Shown: piece after piece, positions 26,477-36,324 of the stretch
Position numbering within the stretch: the first letter of the stretch is position 1
Layout of the letters: every line of letters starts with the position of its first letter
Assembly (NCBI GenBank): GCA_038231435.1
Contig: JBBRLJ010000006.1
Span: 1 to 64,000, forward strand
Direction of reading: 5' to 3'
Length of the DNA stretch: 64,000 nt
DNA from: Planctomycetota bacterium
Lineage (GTDB): Bacteria > Planctomycetota > UBA11346
The notes under the pieces: generated by a model
Databases searched by the model: none
The model's input: only the letters and a program-made list of their open reading frames with translations
What the model was told of the DNA's origin: nothing
Made by a program: the position numbers and the translations under genes

Positions 26477-26862
26477 CAGGGACTCCGTGGGTCGCGTAGG
26501 CGGAAGGCGTCGGAAAAGGCACGCAAGGTTCGGTCGGGGCTGTTGATAATGTAGGTGATCACTGAGACCCGCCGCTCTCGATAGGCGTGGGCCACGTGCT
26601 CCAAGACGACATCGTGAGTGGCATCCGAGTGGAACCGGAAGCCGTCCGTTCCGGTCTCTGCGAGACCAGCCGTCACCAGACCCTGCAACCGCTTGCGGAT
26701 GGAATCCAGGTTCGACCCGAGGTCACGCGTGATGGCGGAAGCGGTCAATTCACCCGGGCGTCCCCGCCAAAGCATCAGCAGGACTTCGAGCTGCTCGACT
26801 GAATCGATGCAGCGATCGAGGAACAGGCGCACGTCCGGCGGTACACCCTCGGTAGGAGCCAT
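26476..26862 (-). CDS. Conserved hypothetical winged-helix-like protein
   Basis: FLDRCIDSVEQLEVLL, AYRERRVSVI, LRAFSDAFRL; overlaps next gene. Confidence 0.7.
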   Translation of the reverse strand: MAPTEGVPPDVRLFLDRCIDSVEQLEVLLMLWRGRPGELTASAITRDLGSNLDSIRKRLQGLVTAGLAETGTDGFRFHSDATHDVVLEHVAHAYRERRVSVITYIINSPDRTLRAFSDAFRLRDPRSP

Positions 26863-27189
26863 GCTCCAGTTTCAATGGACCTCAGACTCCCGGAACCTTG
26901 GAATCGGCCAGGTTCGACAATCATCGTGGCGACCGGAGGTAGGACCCCGCGGAAGTATCTTCCGCGGGTATAGGCCGCTCGGTACGGACCGCGTGATGAA
27001 GGCTGGCTCGCGAGCCGCTCCGTCAGCGACGCAGGGCTCGCCCGCGAAGGGCTGGCTTGATTTCTAGGCGCACACCGCGCGCATCGGCTGGATTTTCAGC
27101 GGATTCTTTGTGCGGAATATCATGGTCAGGAAAACGATCCCTCAGCAGGCCGACTCGATGCTCACGCCTGATCCTGGTTGGGCATCGCG

Positions 27190-27729
27190 TCAGTTGACGC
27201 TGGGCTCGGGCAGGCCGCCGGTGCGGCCTTCCACCAGCTGCTGCCAGAGGTTCTTCGGCGGCGCGATGTCGAGCAGCAGCTCCTTGCGGCCGGGCCGCAC
27301 CAGCCACGAGCCCTGGCCGATCTCGGCGTCGAGCTGGCCGGGCATCCAGCCGCTGTGGCCCAGGAACAGGCGCGGTCCGGTGGCGTCGCAGCCGTCGCGA
27401 TAGCGTTCGGCCAGAGCGTCGGCATCGCCACCCACCGCGATCTCGACACCAGGCCCCATCGCCTGCGCACCGGGAAGATCCATGCAGCCGTGCAACAGCA
27501 GGCCCTTGGCCTGCTCGACCGGACCGCCTTCAGCGGCGGCCTTGGCTGATGCCAAGCCCGCGGGCACCTCGCTCCAGATATCGCCGAGCACGGCCTCGAG
27601 CGGACGGTTGATGATGAAGCCCAGCGTGCCGTTTTCGCCGTGATCCAGGATGTAGATCACGCTGCGCGCGAAATTGGCGTCGGTGAGCTGCGGGCTCGCC
27701 ACCAGGATGGTTCCCGCCGAGGGCTTCAT
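27190..27729 (-). CDS. YqgE/AlgH family protein
   Basis: LVASPQLTDANFARSVI, GFIINRP, GGPV, FLGHSGWMPGQLDAEI..GSW. Confidence 0.92.
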   Translation of the reverse strand: MKPSAGTILVASPQLTDANFARSVIYILDHGENGTLGFIINRPLEAVLGDIWSEVPAGLASAKAAAEGGPVEQAKGLLLHGCMDLPGAQAMGPGVEIAVGGDADALAERYRDGCDATGPRLFLGHSGWMPGQLDAEIGQGSWLVRPGRKELLLDIAPPKNLWQQLVEGRTGGLPEPSVN

Positions 27730-27824
27730 GGCGTCGATGGTACCCCGGCCGCCGTCGCCCGCCAGCGCGCGGCGGCCAGGTTGCCGGACGCCGCGTGGCC
27801 TACCCGGCCGTCGCCGGCGTGCGG

Positions 27825-30800
27825 TTATTGCGGATCGCCGTCGTAGATCTCGCTCACGGTGCGTACCACGTTCACGCCGAAGGGTGTGAAGGGCGGCTGG
27901 CCGGCGCGGTTGAGCAGGTCGCTGTTGAAGCGCTGGTCGCGTCTCGGCGGCGAGTAGGCCGACTGGCCGGCTTGCACGTTGGCGGGACTGGCGGGGACAC
28001 CGGAGAGGATGCCTCCGCGCGTGTACCCCGCCCTGCCCATGCACACCAGGCTGCCGCGGAAGTGGTAGAAGTTGCCGCCCCAGTTTTCGAGGTAGCGGAT
28101 GGCGTTGTGCACGCCGCCGCTGCCTTCGTCGCTGCCGTGGGTGGTCATGACGTCGGACGGGACGTTGTTGAGGATGGTCGACATGTGGTACCAGGTCTCG
28201 ATGCCGCCGGTCAGCGAGTCGTAGCGGATGTTGTCGTCGACCCATGCGTTGGACATCACCGCCAGGCCGTCGCAGAACACCGCGACCGGCGGGAAGTTGA
28301 TGCCCTGGATCTGGGCGCTGGTGAGCGGCGTGCCGACATATCCGGGATTGCCGCGCTGGAGCTGGGTCTGCATGTACGCCGGGGTCAGCGGGCTCGGCGG
28401 AGCCGCGAGCACCGTCAGGTCAGAGGCGTTCGGATCCGGCATGATGTTGAGGTTGCCTTTGACATAGAATTTGTTCGGCGTGATCATGGTCAGCCCCTTG
28501 ATGCGCGGGCTGGCGGCGGTGGTGCGACCACCCCAGTCGATCTTGGATGCCTGGTCGATGCGGAAGCCAGAATGGAAGCAGACATCCGGGCAATCGGGGA
28601 TGCGGTTGTTGATGCGGTTCTCGAAGAACACCGATGGCAGGGCGTTGTTCACCAGGTCGCCGCCGATGGGATCCCAGGCGCGGAAGGCTCCTTGGGGATC
28701 GGTGTAGAACGTCGGATCCCAGGTCGCGCGATAGACGGGGTGGTAGCCTCCGGCCGCGATCGCGCCGAAATGGGTGCTGGTGCGGTGCTTGCGCGCCATG
28801 TAGATCAGGCCGTTGAAGGTGTTCACGTAGTTGGCGGCGATGTAGGCCTGCACGTGGTCGAGGTTGAGCGTGAGGGTGTTCACCCAGTAGGTGCGCGGAT
28901 TCGGCGTGTTGCCTGCGACCGGTGCCGCCACCGAGGCCTGGATCGGATTGGTGATCGGCCCCTGCATGAAGAACTGGCGCACGTAGTCGGACTCGCGGCG
29001 ATCCATGATGTCGGTCTCGTAGGCGATCACCTGCGAGTACGCCGTGGCTCCCACTGCGCCGTAGGAGAAGAAGCCGGTATTGGCGGCGGCGCTGACGGTG
29101 AGGTCGACGGCAGGATTCGGGGCGTTGCCATACATCGCCGCGTACTGGCTCTTGAGGTACTGGCACAACGCACTGCCGGTATCGACCGGGAGCGCCGGCA
29201 CGGTGGCGGGGCGGGCCCTGGTCGGCCCGACCAGCACGCTGAGGGCGGGGGTATCGCCGATGAGCGGCGCGGCGCCACGGGTCAGCATGATCTCGTCGAT
29301 GACGACGCCGTCCTCGGCCATGTACATGTGCAGCACGTAATCCCCGGCCGATGGGATCACCAGGCGGGCGATGCCGCCGGCGGTGGGGGCCGAGTTGGGA
29401 GTGACCGGCGCATTGCCGCCGGTGTTCCAGCCGGTGACGCCGACCTGGAGGTTGACGTTGTCGGCCGTGGTGCGGGGATTGTTGATGTAATCGTAGGCGT
29501 ACAGCGGCGAGAAGCCGAAATGCAGCTTGTTGGAGGTCACGTTGGGACAGTTCGCGCGCACGTAGATGTTATAGGTTCCGGCGGTGTTGATGTGGATGTT
29601 GTAGTCGGCCCGGGGTGAGAAGTCGTAACGGGCGCCGGCGTTGCCGGCCGCGCATTGGGCGCGGGTGTAGCTCTTGCTGACATTGGGGTAGATCTGCAGG
29701 CCCGACCCGCCGGTGAACCCGGCGAAGGGAAGACTCTGCCAGCGCTGGATCGGCGAATTGAGCACCCCGGTGCAGGCCTGGGCATTGATCACCACCACGC
29801 CACCTACTTCGTTCGCGCACAGCTGGTTGCCGAAGATCGGCCAGAACGGCTCGGGCCTGAGCCCGTTCATCGGATCGGTGCCGGGAGACGCACTGGTGCC
29901 GTGGGGCAGCAGGCCTTCGGCCTGCAGGAAGCCGGTCCAGGCGATGGCGGTGCCATTCACGAAGGATTGGGGCCAGTAGGTCAGATCCTGGGCGTCGCGT
30001 TCGCGGATGATCAGGCCGAAGGTGCCGTCGAGCTTGGAGCCCAGGGCGTTGTCGTAGTACACGCCGACCTTCTCATTGATGTTGAAGCCGCCGGTGGTGG
30101 TGGCGCCCGTGGGAACGATGATGTCGTCGGGCTTCTGCCCGCCCTGGTTCTTGTAGATCGGCAGCGAGGTCGCGGGTACCGGCTTGCTCACCAGCACCGA
30201 GACGCCCGCCACGTACGAGCCGCTGGTCTTCGGGTAGGCGTTGGCCATCAGCATGGCGCCGACGTTGGCCGGATTGACGTACCACTCGGTGCCGTTCTTG
30301 TAGATGTCGAAAGCGGTGGCGGAACCGGCGCCGGCGGCGTCTGGATACTTGTAGAAGAGCTTCGCCGAGCCGGGGTAGCTGGTCGGATTGATGGTGATGT
30401 TGTTCGGCGCGTAGAGCGCGGCGCCGGCTAGGCTCGGGTCGATGGCGTAGATGGTCTTGGTCTTGTCGGCGAGGCGCACCGGCTCGAAGGGCCGGCCGGC
30501 GAGGTCGGGGATGTTCGACAACGTCTTGACCACGGTGGCGCCGAGGTTGATGCCGTCGCGCACGTAGGAGCCCCAACGCGCCGACAGCCGACCAGGCTCG
30601 CGGCTGTCGTTGCAGTCGGCGGCCGTGCTGCACACCAGCGACAGGTCGTTCATCTTGAACATCGTGCCGGCGCCGCCGTTGAGCGCGCTGGTTTCCGGCA
30701 CGGACATGGGATCGATGACCGGAGGCGTCTGCGAGTAGTTGTAGCTCTTGCGCTGGCGGAAGATGCCGTCGACGCCGACGATCGAGGTGGGCACGCCGAG

Positions 30801-31631
30801 ACCGCTACCCACGCCGCCGAGCTCGACGCCACCGCCATCCCCCGGCGAATTGCCGCCCGCGCCGCCGGCGAGATAGATTGCGCCGTTGGAATGCACGGCG
30901 CCGGGCACGTACATGGTCGCGCCGCCGCCGCAATGCCACTCGATGTCGCCTTCGGGGCCTTCAGCAGCGTAGAAGATCGCGTACTTGAACAGCGAGTTGA
31001 GCTTGAGCTGGACCACGCGGTTGGACTGCACCGTGGCGCGGCTGCGGTCGGGGCCAGACCACGGCATCTGCGCGTCGGTCTTGCCGCTCATGTCGAAGTT
31101 CGGGTCCTTGAGCGCCCAGGCCTCGGTGGTGATGCGATAATCGTAATAATCGTAGTTGGTCATGTAGGTGCCGTCGGATGCGGCGCCGCCGTACTGCGAG
31201 TTGAAGGCCGCCATCGTCGAGTACTGCGAGACATCGGATGGCGGATTGACAGTCCAGTTGCTGCCGCCATCAGTGACGCGGATCGGCTCGATGCGCCAGC
31301 GCACCACGCAGTCGCTCATCCATTCGATGCCGTAGTTCTGGCCGTTGTAGGCGGTGAAGTTCTCCAGCGATTTGAGGTCGTTGGTCGCGGCGCAGTTGAC
31401 CAGCTTCACCTCTTGCTCGGCGGCCACGGCTTCGGCCGCGTAGGTCGCCTTCTGCTTGTAGAGCGCGGTGTCGTACAGCCTGCGCGTGCCCAGCACCTGC
31501 TCTGAGGAGGTGGTCAGCAGGAAGGCGACCATCATCACCACGCCGAGCGTGACGACGAGGATGTTGCCGGTGCGCGTGCGCGCCGGAGCGGCGTCGTCCG
31601 TGACCACGGTATCCTTGTCGAGGATGTTCAT
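27825..31631 (-). CDS. Giant PilX-like minor pilin / pilus-associated adhesin
   Basis: RTG|NILVVTLGVV prepilin-like TM lacking Glu+5, KATYAAEA, LFKYAIFY, VHSNG, C-terminal GGVHNAIRYLENW...YSPPRR; GGAGG SD. Confidence 0.7.
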   Translation of the reverse strand: MNILDKDTVVTDDAAPARTRTGNILVVTLGVVMMVAFLLTTSSEQVLGTRRLYDTALYKQKATYAAEAVAAEQEVKLVNCAATNDLKSLENFTAYNGQNYGIEWMSDCVVRWRIEPIRVTDGGSNWTVNPPSDVSQYSTMAAFNSQYGGAASDGTYMTNYDYYDYRITTEAWALKDPNFDMSGKTDAQMPWSGPDRSRATVQSNRVVQLKLNSLFKYAIFYAAEGPEGDIEWHCGGGATMYVPGAVHSNGAIYLAGGAGGNSPGDGGGVELGGVGSGLGVPTSIVGVDGIFRQRKSYNYSQTPPVIDPMSVPETSALNGGAGTMFKMNDLSLVCSTAADCNDSREPGRLSARWGSYVRDGINLGATVVKTLSNIPDLAGRPFEPVRLADKTKTIYAIDPSLAGAALYAPNNITINPTSYPGSAKLFYKYPDAAGAGSATAFDIYKNGTEWYVNPANVGAMLMANAYPKTSGSYVAGVSVLVSKPVPATSLPIYKNQGGQKPDDIIVPTGATTTGGFNINEKVGVYYDNALGSKLDGTFGLIIRERDAQDLTYWPQSFVNGTAIAWTGFLQAEGLLPHGTSASPGTDPMNGLRPEPFWPIFGNQLCANEVGGVVVINAQACTGVLNSPIQRWQSLPFAGFTGGSGLQIYPNVSKSYTRAQCAAGNAGARYDFSPRADYNIHINTAGTYNIYVRANCPNVTSNKLHFGFSPLYAYDYINNPRTTADNVNLQVGVTGWNTGGNAPVTPNSAPTAGGIARLVIPSAGDYVLHMYMAEDGVVIDEIMLTRGAAPLIGDTPALSVLVGPTRARPATVPALPVDTGSALCQYLKSQYAAMYGNAPNPAVDLTVSAAANTGFFSYGAVGATAYSQVIAYETDIMDRRESDYVRQFFMQGPITNPIQASVAAPVAGNTPNPRTYWVNTLTLNLDHVQAYIAANYVNTFNGLIYMARKHRTSTHFGAIAAGGYHPVYRATWDPTFYTDPQGAFRAWDPIGGDLVNNALPSVFFENRINNRIPDCPDVCFHSGFRIDQASKIDWGGRTTAASPRIKGLTMITPNKFYVKGNLNIMPDPNASDLTVLAAPPSPLTPAYMQTQLQRGNPGYVGTPLTSAQIQGINFPPVAVFCDGLAVMSNAWVDDNIRYDSLTGGIETWYHMSTILNNVPSDVMTTHGSDEGSGGVHNAIRYLENWGGNFYHFRGSLVCMGRAGYTRGGILSGVPASPANVQAGQSAYSPPRRDQRFNSDLLNRAGQPPFTPFGVNVVRTVSEIYDGDPQ

Positions 31632-31651
31632 GACGAGCCTCCGGTGCGGGT

Positions 31652-32779
31652 TCAATTGGTGCCCTGGGCGCGCATCAGGCCGGCGTTGCCGAGCCAGGTG
31701 CCCAGGTTCAGGCTGTATTCGGGATCCACGGTGCTGCGCAGCGCCACCGTCGCGTCGATGCGGGATGAGACGAAGCGCGCGCCGCCGTCGACCGCCTCTT
31801 TGGACATGTAAAGCTGAATGCGCACCTGGTTGACGTTGAGCGACGACAGGGTGCGGTAGGTGTCGATGACGATGCGGTCGACGTTCTCTGAAAGGACTTC
31901 GCCCGGGACGACCACCGCGCCGGTGCCGTCGCGCCAGCGACGCTCGAGCCGGCCCTTACGGCTATTGGCGTTGGGAACAACCACGTAGGAATATTCGCGC
32001 AGGTAGTCGGGGTTGAAGCGCAGCGCGGGATTGGTGAGCGCGGTGGAGCCGGCGAAGCTCTCCATCACCATCGGCGTGTCGCCCACCACCGTCGCGGTGA
32101 CGATGTCCGGCTTCACGGTGAGCGAGGGCACCTTGACGCCATTCTTGAACTGGCTCATCGGCTGCACGCCGTCGCGCCAGTCGATGGAGCCATCGCCGAC
32201 GTCCGAGGTGCCGGACATCAAACCCCTGCTGTCGGTGGCGATCACCGCGCCGTCCCAGCGCCGATTGAAATTGACGCGCTGCGAGACGAAGCCGATGGGC
32301 GACGAGTTCGGCGGGCCGTGCTGCACGCGCAGGAAGATCAGCTCCTGGCTGGGCAGGCGGTTGGCCGCGGGCAGGGCGTTGAACCATGGGTCGGTCCACT
32401 GCAGCACGTTGGCGGCGGTGCGCTGCCAGGCGGCGAACTGGGTGCCCGCGGGGAAGCCGTTCGTGCTCTGCACCACCACGAACGGATAATAGCGCAGCAG
32501 GCGGTCCTTCGCCGGATTCAGCAGGTCGGCGAGATCGGTCGCCTTCGCCGCTGGCGGGCTGGTGCGGATGGTCACCAGCCAGGCGCTGTTGCCGAGATCG
32601 TTCACCAGCTCGCGCATCACGCGCCGGCTCTCGAGGGTGAGGTCGTTGGTGGTGGACTCGGTGCTGATGAAGCCGCGCATCGACGACAGCGACTGCAGCA
32701 CGGCGAGCATGATGATCGAAAACATGCTCATGGCGATGATGACCTCGAGCACCGAGAGGCCGCGGCGGGGGGCTGACAT
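31652..32779 (-). CDS. Type IV prepilin-like protein (PilW-like)
   Basis: RRG|LSVLEVIIAMSMFSII N-methylation motif. Confidence 0.85.
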   Translation of the reverse strand: MSAPRRGLSVLEVIIAMSMFSIIMLAVLQSLSSMRGFISTESTTNDLTLESRRVMRELVNDLGNSAWLVTIRTSPPAAKATDLADLLNPAKDRLLRYYPFVVVQSTNGFPAGTQFAAWQRTAANVLQWTDPWFNALPAANRLPSQELIFLRVQHGPPNSSPIGFVSQRVNFNRRWDGAVIATDSRGLMSGTSDVGDGSIDWRDGVQPMSQFKNGVKVPSLTVKPDIVTATVVGDTPMVMESFAGSTALTNPALRFNPDYLREYSYVVVPNANSRKGRLERRWRDGTGAVVVPGEVLSENVDRIVIDTYRTLSSLNVNQVRIQLYMSKEAVDGGARFVSSRIDATVALRSTVDPEYSLNLGTWLGNAGLMRAQGTN

Positions 32780-32781
32780 GA

Positions 32782-34284
32782 TCACTTCCTCCTCTCGAAG
32801 ACGAGTTCGTGACGACGGGTGCCCGAGCGGGTGCTGGGGGCGGCAAGGTTGGTGACGTCGTCGAGCACCGAGTCCCAGGTGATGACCACGCGGATGCCGA
32901 CCGAGCCGACGACATCGACCAGGCCGACGGTGTCGAAGTCGAAGGGCGTTTCGATGCGGCGCAGCGGGCCGGTGGTGTTGGCGGGGTCCGGGACCGCGAG
33001 CAAGTAGGTCTCGGTCGCACCGCTGACAGGCAGCACCCTGGTGGGCAGCCGCTTGGCGAAATCAGTGCGACTGGCGTGGTTGTTCACCGTGCCGTCGAAA
33101 GAGAAGATGTTCATCGCGCCGACTCCGCCGGTCGGGAAGGTATTGTAATATTCCAGGAAGATCTGCAGGTTACGCAGTCCGGGCGGATCGTGGAAAAGAC
33201 CCAGTCCACGCACCGGAGTGGCGGCGGTGTAGTCGGGATCACCCGACCAGGTAGCTCGCGCCTGCGCGTCGACGGCGGCGGTGACGGATTCGAGCGCGCA
33301 GTCGACGACCACGATCTCCTGGTAGGGCAGGCCCTGGTTGATGAACAGCGAGCGTGCGCCGCTGCCGGTGAGCGTGATGGGGGGATTGTACAGACCGGTC
33401 TGGAGCGCCGGCCCAGGAGACGCCACCGCAGTCGGGATGGCGGGCTGCGCGCCGTTCGGCGACCAGTAGACCGGACCCGGAGTGGTCCAGGCCGGATTGG
33501 GATAGACCTCGCGCCGGAACCACGACCACGGCTCCTCGGGCACGCCGAGGCGATGCCAGCTGGCGCCCTGGATGCGTTCGGCCATGAGCTGGGCGACTTC
33601 CTGCACCTTGGCGGTTTCGCGCGCAGCCTGGTGGCTCTTCCCGAGTCCGACGATGGTTCCGAACATGGTCATCAGGCACACCGCCAGGATGACGGTGGCG
33701 ACCAGCACCTCGAGGATGCTGAAGCCCTTGCGGGGGCCGCCACTCTTGGTGGTCGGCGAGCCGAACTTGGATTTGATCTGGACGACCAGGGGCCCTTGCT
33801 GCGATTTGGCGGGCTTGGGCGCCGCGATCGCGCCAACCGAACGACGACGCCAGAAGGCGACTCCCGCGGCGAATGCCGCCACGATCGCCAACGGCATCAG
33901 CAGGCTGCCCGATTCGGACTTCGCCTCATCCGCGCGCGCGGCGGCGAGTGCGGCGGCGGTGGGCGCGGGTTCGCCCGATGGACCCGTCGGCGCGGCGGGG
34001 GGTAGCGGCGGCCGCGAGGCGGTCTCCTGCTGGAGCCACGGCGGCGTGGTCTCCTCGGGCCTGGTCGGGTTCCTGGTCTCCGGAATCGCGGGCTTCGGTT
34101 TCTCGAACTGCTTGTACCAGTCATCGCGCTCCGACTTCGCGGGGATCGGCATGCCGTCGGAGTCGTACTGCGTGGGCGTCGTGGCCGTGGCCGACCAGCC
34201 GTGGTTGGCGACGACCGCGAGGACGGCCGACAGCGCCGAGGTGCGGAAGCGGACGGGGGAACGGAATGAGGCTGCGCGGGGCAT
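32782..34284 (-). CDS. Prepilin-like protein (PilV-like) with long N-terminal extension
   Basis: Internal RKG|FSILEVLVATVILAV after residue 187; signal peptide-like start, Pro-rich region and TM upstream. Confidence 0.8.
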   Translation of the reverse strand: MPRAASFRSPVRFRTSALSAVLAVVANHGWSATATTPTQYDSDGMPIPAKSERDDWYKQFEKPKPAIPETRNPTRPEETTPPWLQQETASRPPLPPAAPTGPSGEPAPTAAALAAARADEAKSESGSLLMPLAIVAAFAAGVAFWRRRSVGAIAAPKPAKSQQGPLVVQIKSKFGSPTTKSGGPRKGFSILEVLVATVILAVCLMTMFGTIVGLGKSHQAARETAKVQEVAQLMAERIQGASWHRLGVPEEPWSWFRREVYPNPAWTTPGPVYWSPNGAQPAIPTAVASPGPALQTGLYNPPITLTGSGARSLFINQGLPYQEIVVVDCALESVTAAVDAQARATWSGDPDYTAATPVRGLGLFHDPPGLRNLQIFLEYYNTFPTGGVGAMNIFSFDGTVNNHASRTDFAKRLPTRVLPVSGATETYLLAVPDPANTTGPLRRIETPFDFDTVGLVDVVGSVGIRVVITWDSVLDDVTNLAAPSTRSGTRRHELVFERRK

Positions 34285-34507
34285 GCGGATCTCCACAAGA
34301 TGATACCCGGCACGCGGGCCGGCGGCAAAGCCTGAAGGACGACCGCAGCCGGCATCGGTGATCCGTGAGGAGCGCATGATCCGAAGAGAGCACGCGGCGT
34401 ACCGAGACGATTGCTACGACTGGCCGGTTCGTGCGCTCTGTCCGGGGCGGATCTGCCCCTTCCAGGGCGGAACGGGACGTTTCGGCGCCGTCAGGCCGCC
34501 GATTGGG

Positions 34508-36286
34508 TCAGGCCTGGCGGCGGGCGGAACTGGCGAGGCGCATCCGCGTGAGGAACGCCACCGCGAACGCGATCAGGATGGCGGTTCCGGAGCCCAGGCC
34601 GCAGCCCTTGCTGCTCGAGGACGTCGGCAGGGTGCGGACGGGCGCGGTCGGAGTGGTGGTCGCGCCCGTGGTGCCCGACGGAGTGGTCGGGGTGGTCGCG
34701 ATCGGAACGCCCGAATCGGCGATGTTCACCGTGACGGATGGCCCCGTGGTGGATCCTGGCGAGGACACGTTGACGAAATCGAACGACGTCTGCATCGTGA
34801 TCACCACGGTCTCGATGGTTTCGGTCAGCGCGTCGCTGATCGCAACGATCGGAATGTCGATCGTGGTCGCCCCCGCCGGGATGGTGACAGAGCCCGACAG
34901 CGTCGCATTGTCGAGACCGGCTATGGTGTAGTCGACTCCCGGAGTCGCGCTTCCAGCCACCGTGAATGGGACCTGGACGGCCACCGGGAACGATCCGGAC
35001 AAGGTGACGCGGGCGATGCCGTTGGTGCTGCCTTCGATGGCATTGCTGATGAGGTTGATCGAGGCCGTAACGTTGTCATCGCCGATCGTCACCGTGCCGA
35101 CCGTCGGATCCAACGTCGAATAATCCGGAGATTGGACCAGTGAGCAGACGACGGTCTCGCCGCCTTCGGCGGTGGTATCGGTCAACGGGTAGATCTCGTA
35201 CTCGATCTGCCGGTATCCGGCGGGAAGATTGATGGTCAGGCGGTTGTTTCCCGTCAGATCGATGGGAATAGACGTCTGGATCTCTGCGCCGTTGAGCAGA
35301 TCGCCCGCGAGAGGCGGGAAGACCGTGAACGACCTGGTGCTGGTGACCAGGGGAGCGGGTCCGGCCGGAGCCACAGCGGAAACCTGGTAGGTTCCCGTGA
35401 CGCCCGAGAACGTGACCACGTCGCCGTTTTCGATCTGCCCGACGCCATTGCGGCTGTTGCCCACGATGATGGCGGCGGTCGTCGTACCCTTGGCATATCC
35501 GCTGGTTCCCGTGCTGCCGATCGGGGTGCCGCCGGTGACGACCCCGTTGAGCGATCGCCTGCCAGCATCCAGCAGGATGCCGGCGCCGCTGCCTGCCGGG
35601 ATGTCATGCCCATAGACGATCTGGAGCGAGTAATCTACTCCCGGTGTTGCGCTGCCGGTAAACTGCACCTGGAGATTGCGATTGAAGGTGGTCGCGGTGA
35701 AGCTGGCACGAAATACCGCGGCGCTGAACGGATCCAGCGGGGTGCCGGGCGGAGCGACGCCGGGTTCGTAGCACACCGCGATCGGGGTCTCCATGCTCGC
35801 GGTCAATTCGTCATCGAGGATGGTGATGAGCGCGACCGACGGCGTTCCGATCGTGTAGGTGAACGGCGCCGCATCCTTCACCAGGGTCAGGACGACGGAT
35901 TCGGATCCCTCTGGAAGGGCGTCATCGAACGGCTGAACGACCACATCGACATCGTCAGGGCGAAGCGGATCGGCACTCGGGAAGGTCGCCGTGCCCGACA
36001 GGGTCAGGTAATCATTGCCGCCGCCGGCCACGGGGCCGGGAGTCGCTGAGCCGGTGACGACATACAGCACCGTCAACGGACCCGTCGAGCCCGAGCGATG
36101 GATGGTGAAATGTGCGGTACCACCGCCGGCTTCCGACACCGACGCGGTCGAGGCGACTACCGAGACCTGGTCTTGGGATGACGAGGCCGCCGATAGCGAC
36201 GTCGTAGCGGCCAGGGTCAGGGCTACAGCCAGGCCGGCACGCCAGAGGGCGGAGGCGAAGGACCGGGGCGGAGTGCAAGGGATCAT
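34508..36286 (-). CDS. Calx-beta repeat surface protein with C-terminal GCGLGSG-TM-basic tail
   Basis: Signal peptide; repeated GSATPG.DY and D...EG.E(S/T)V motifs; Thr/Pro linker, SSSKGCGLGSG, TM, Arg-rich end. Confidence 0.8.
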   Translation of the reverse strand: MIPCTPPRSFASALWRAGLAVALTLAATTSLSAASSSQDQVSVVASTASVSEAGGGTAHFTIHRSGSTGPLTVLYVVTGSATPGPVAGGGNDYLTLSGTATFPSADPLRPDDVDVVVQPFDDALPEGSESVVLTLVKDAAPFTYTIGTPSVALITILDDELTASMETPIAVCYEPGVAPPGTPLDPFSAAVFRASFTATTFNRNLQVQFTGSATPGVDYSLQIVYGHDIPAGSGAGILLDAGRRSLNGVVTGGTPIGSTGTSGYAKGTTTAAIIVGNSRNGVGQIENGDVVTFSGVTGTYQVSAVAPAGPAPLVTSTRSFTVFPPLAGDLLNGAEIQTSIPIDLTGNNRLTINLPAGYRQIEYEIYPLTDTTAEGGETVVCSLVQSPDYSTLDPTVGTVTIGDDNVTASINLISNAIEGSTNGIARVTLSGSFPVAVQVPFTVAGSATPGVDYTIAGLDNATLSGSVTIPAGATTIDIPIVAISDALTETIETVVITMQTSFDFVNVSSPGSTTGPSVTVNIADSGVPIATTPTTPSGTTGATTTPTAPVRTLPTSSSSKGCGLGSGTAILIAFAVAFLTRMRLASSARRQA

Positions 36287-36324
36287 GGTGTCCTCAGTGG
36301 TAGCCGGGAAATACGCGGAGGGCG

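Noticed and set aside
34285..34507. c-di-GMP riboswitch before the pilin cluster
   Set aside because: No recognisable class I or class II consensus
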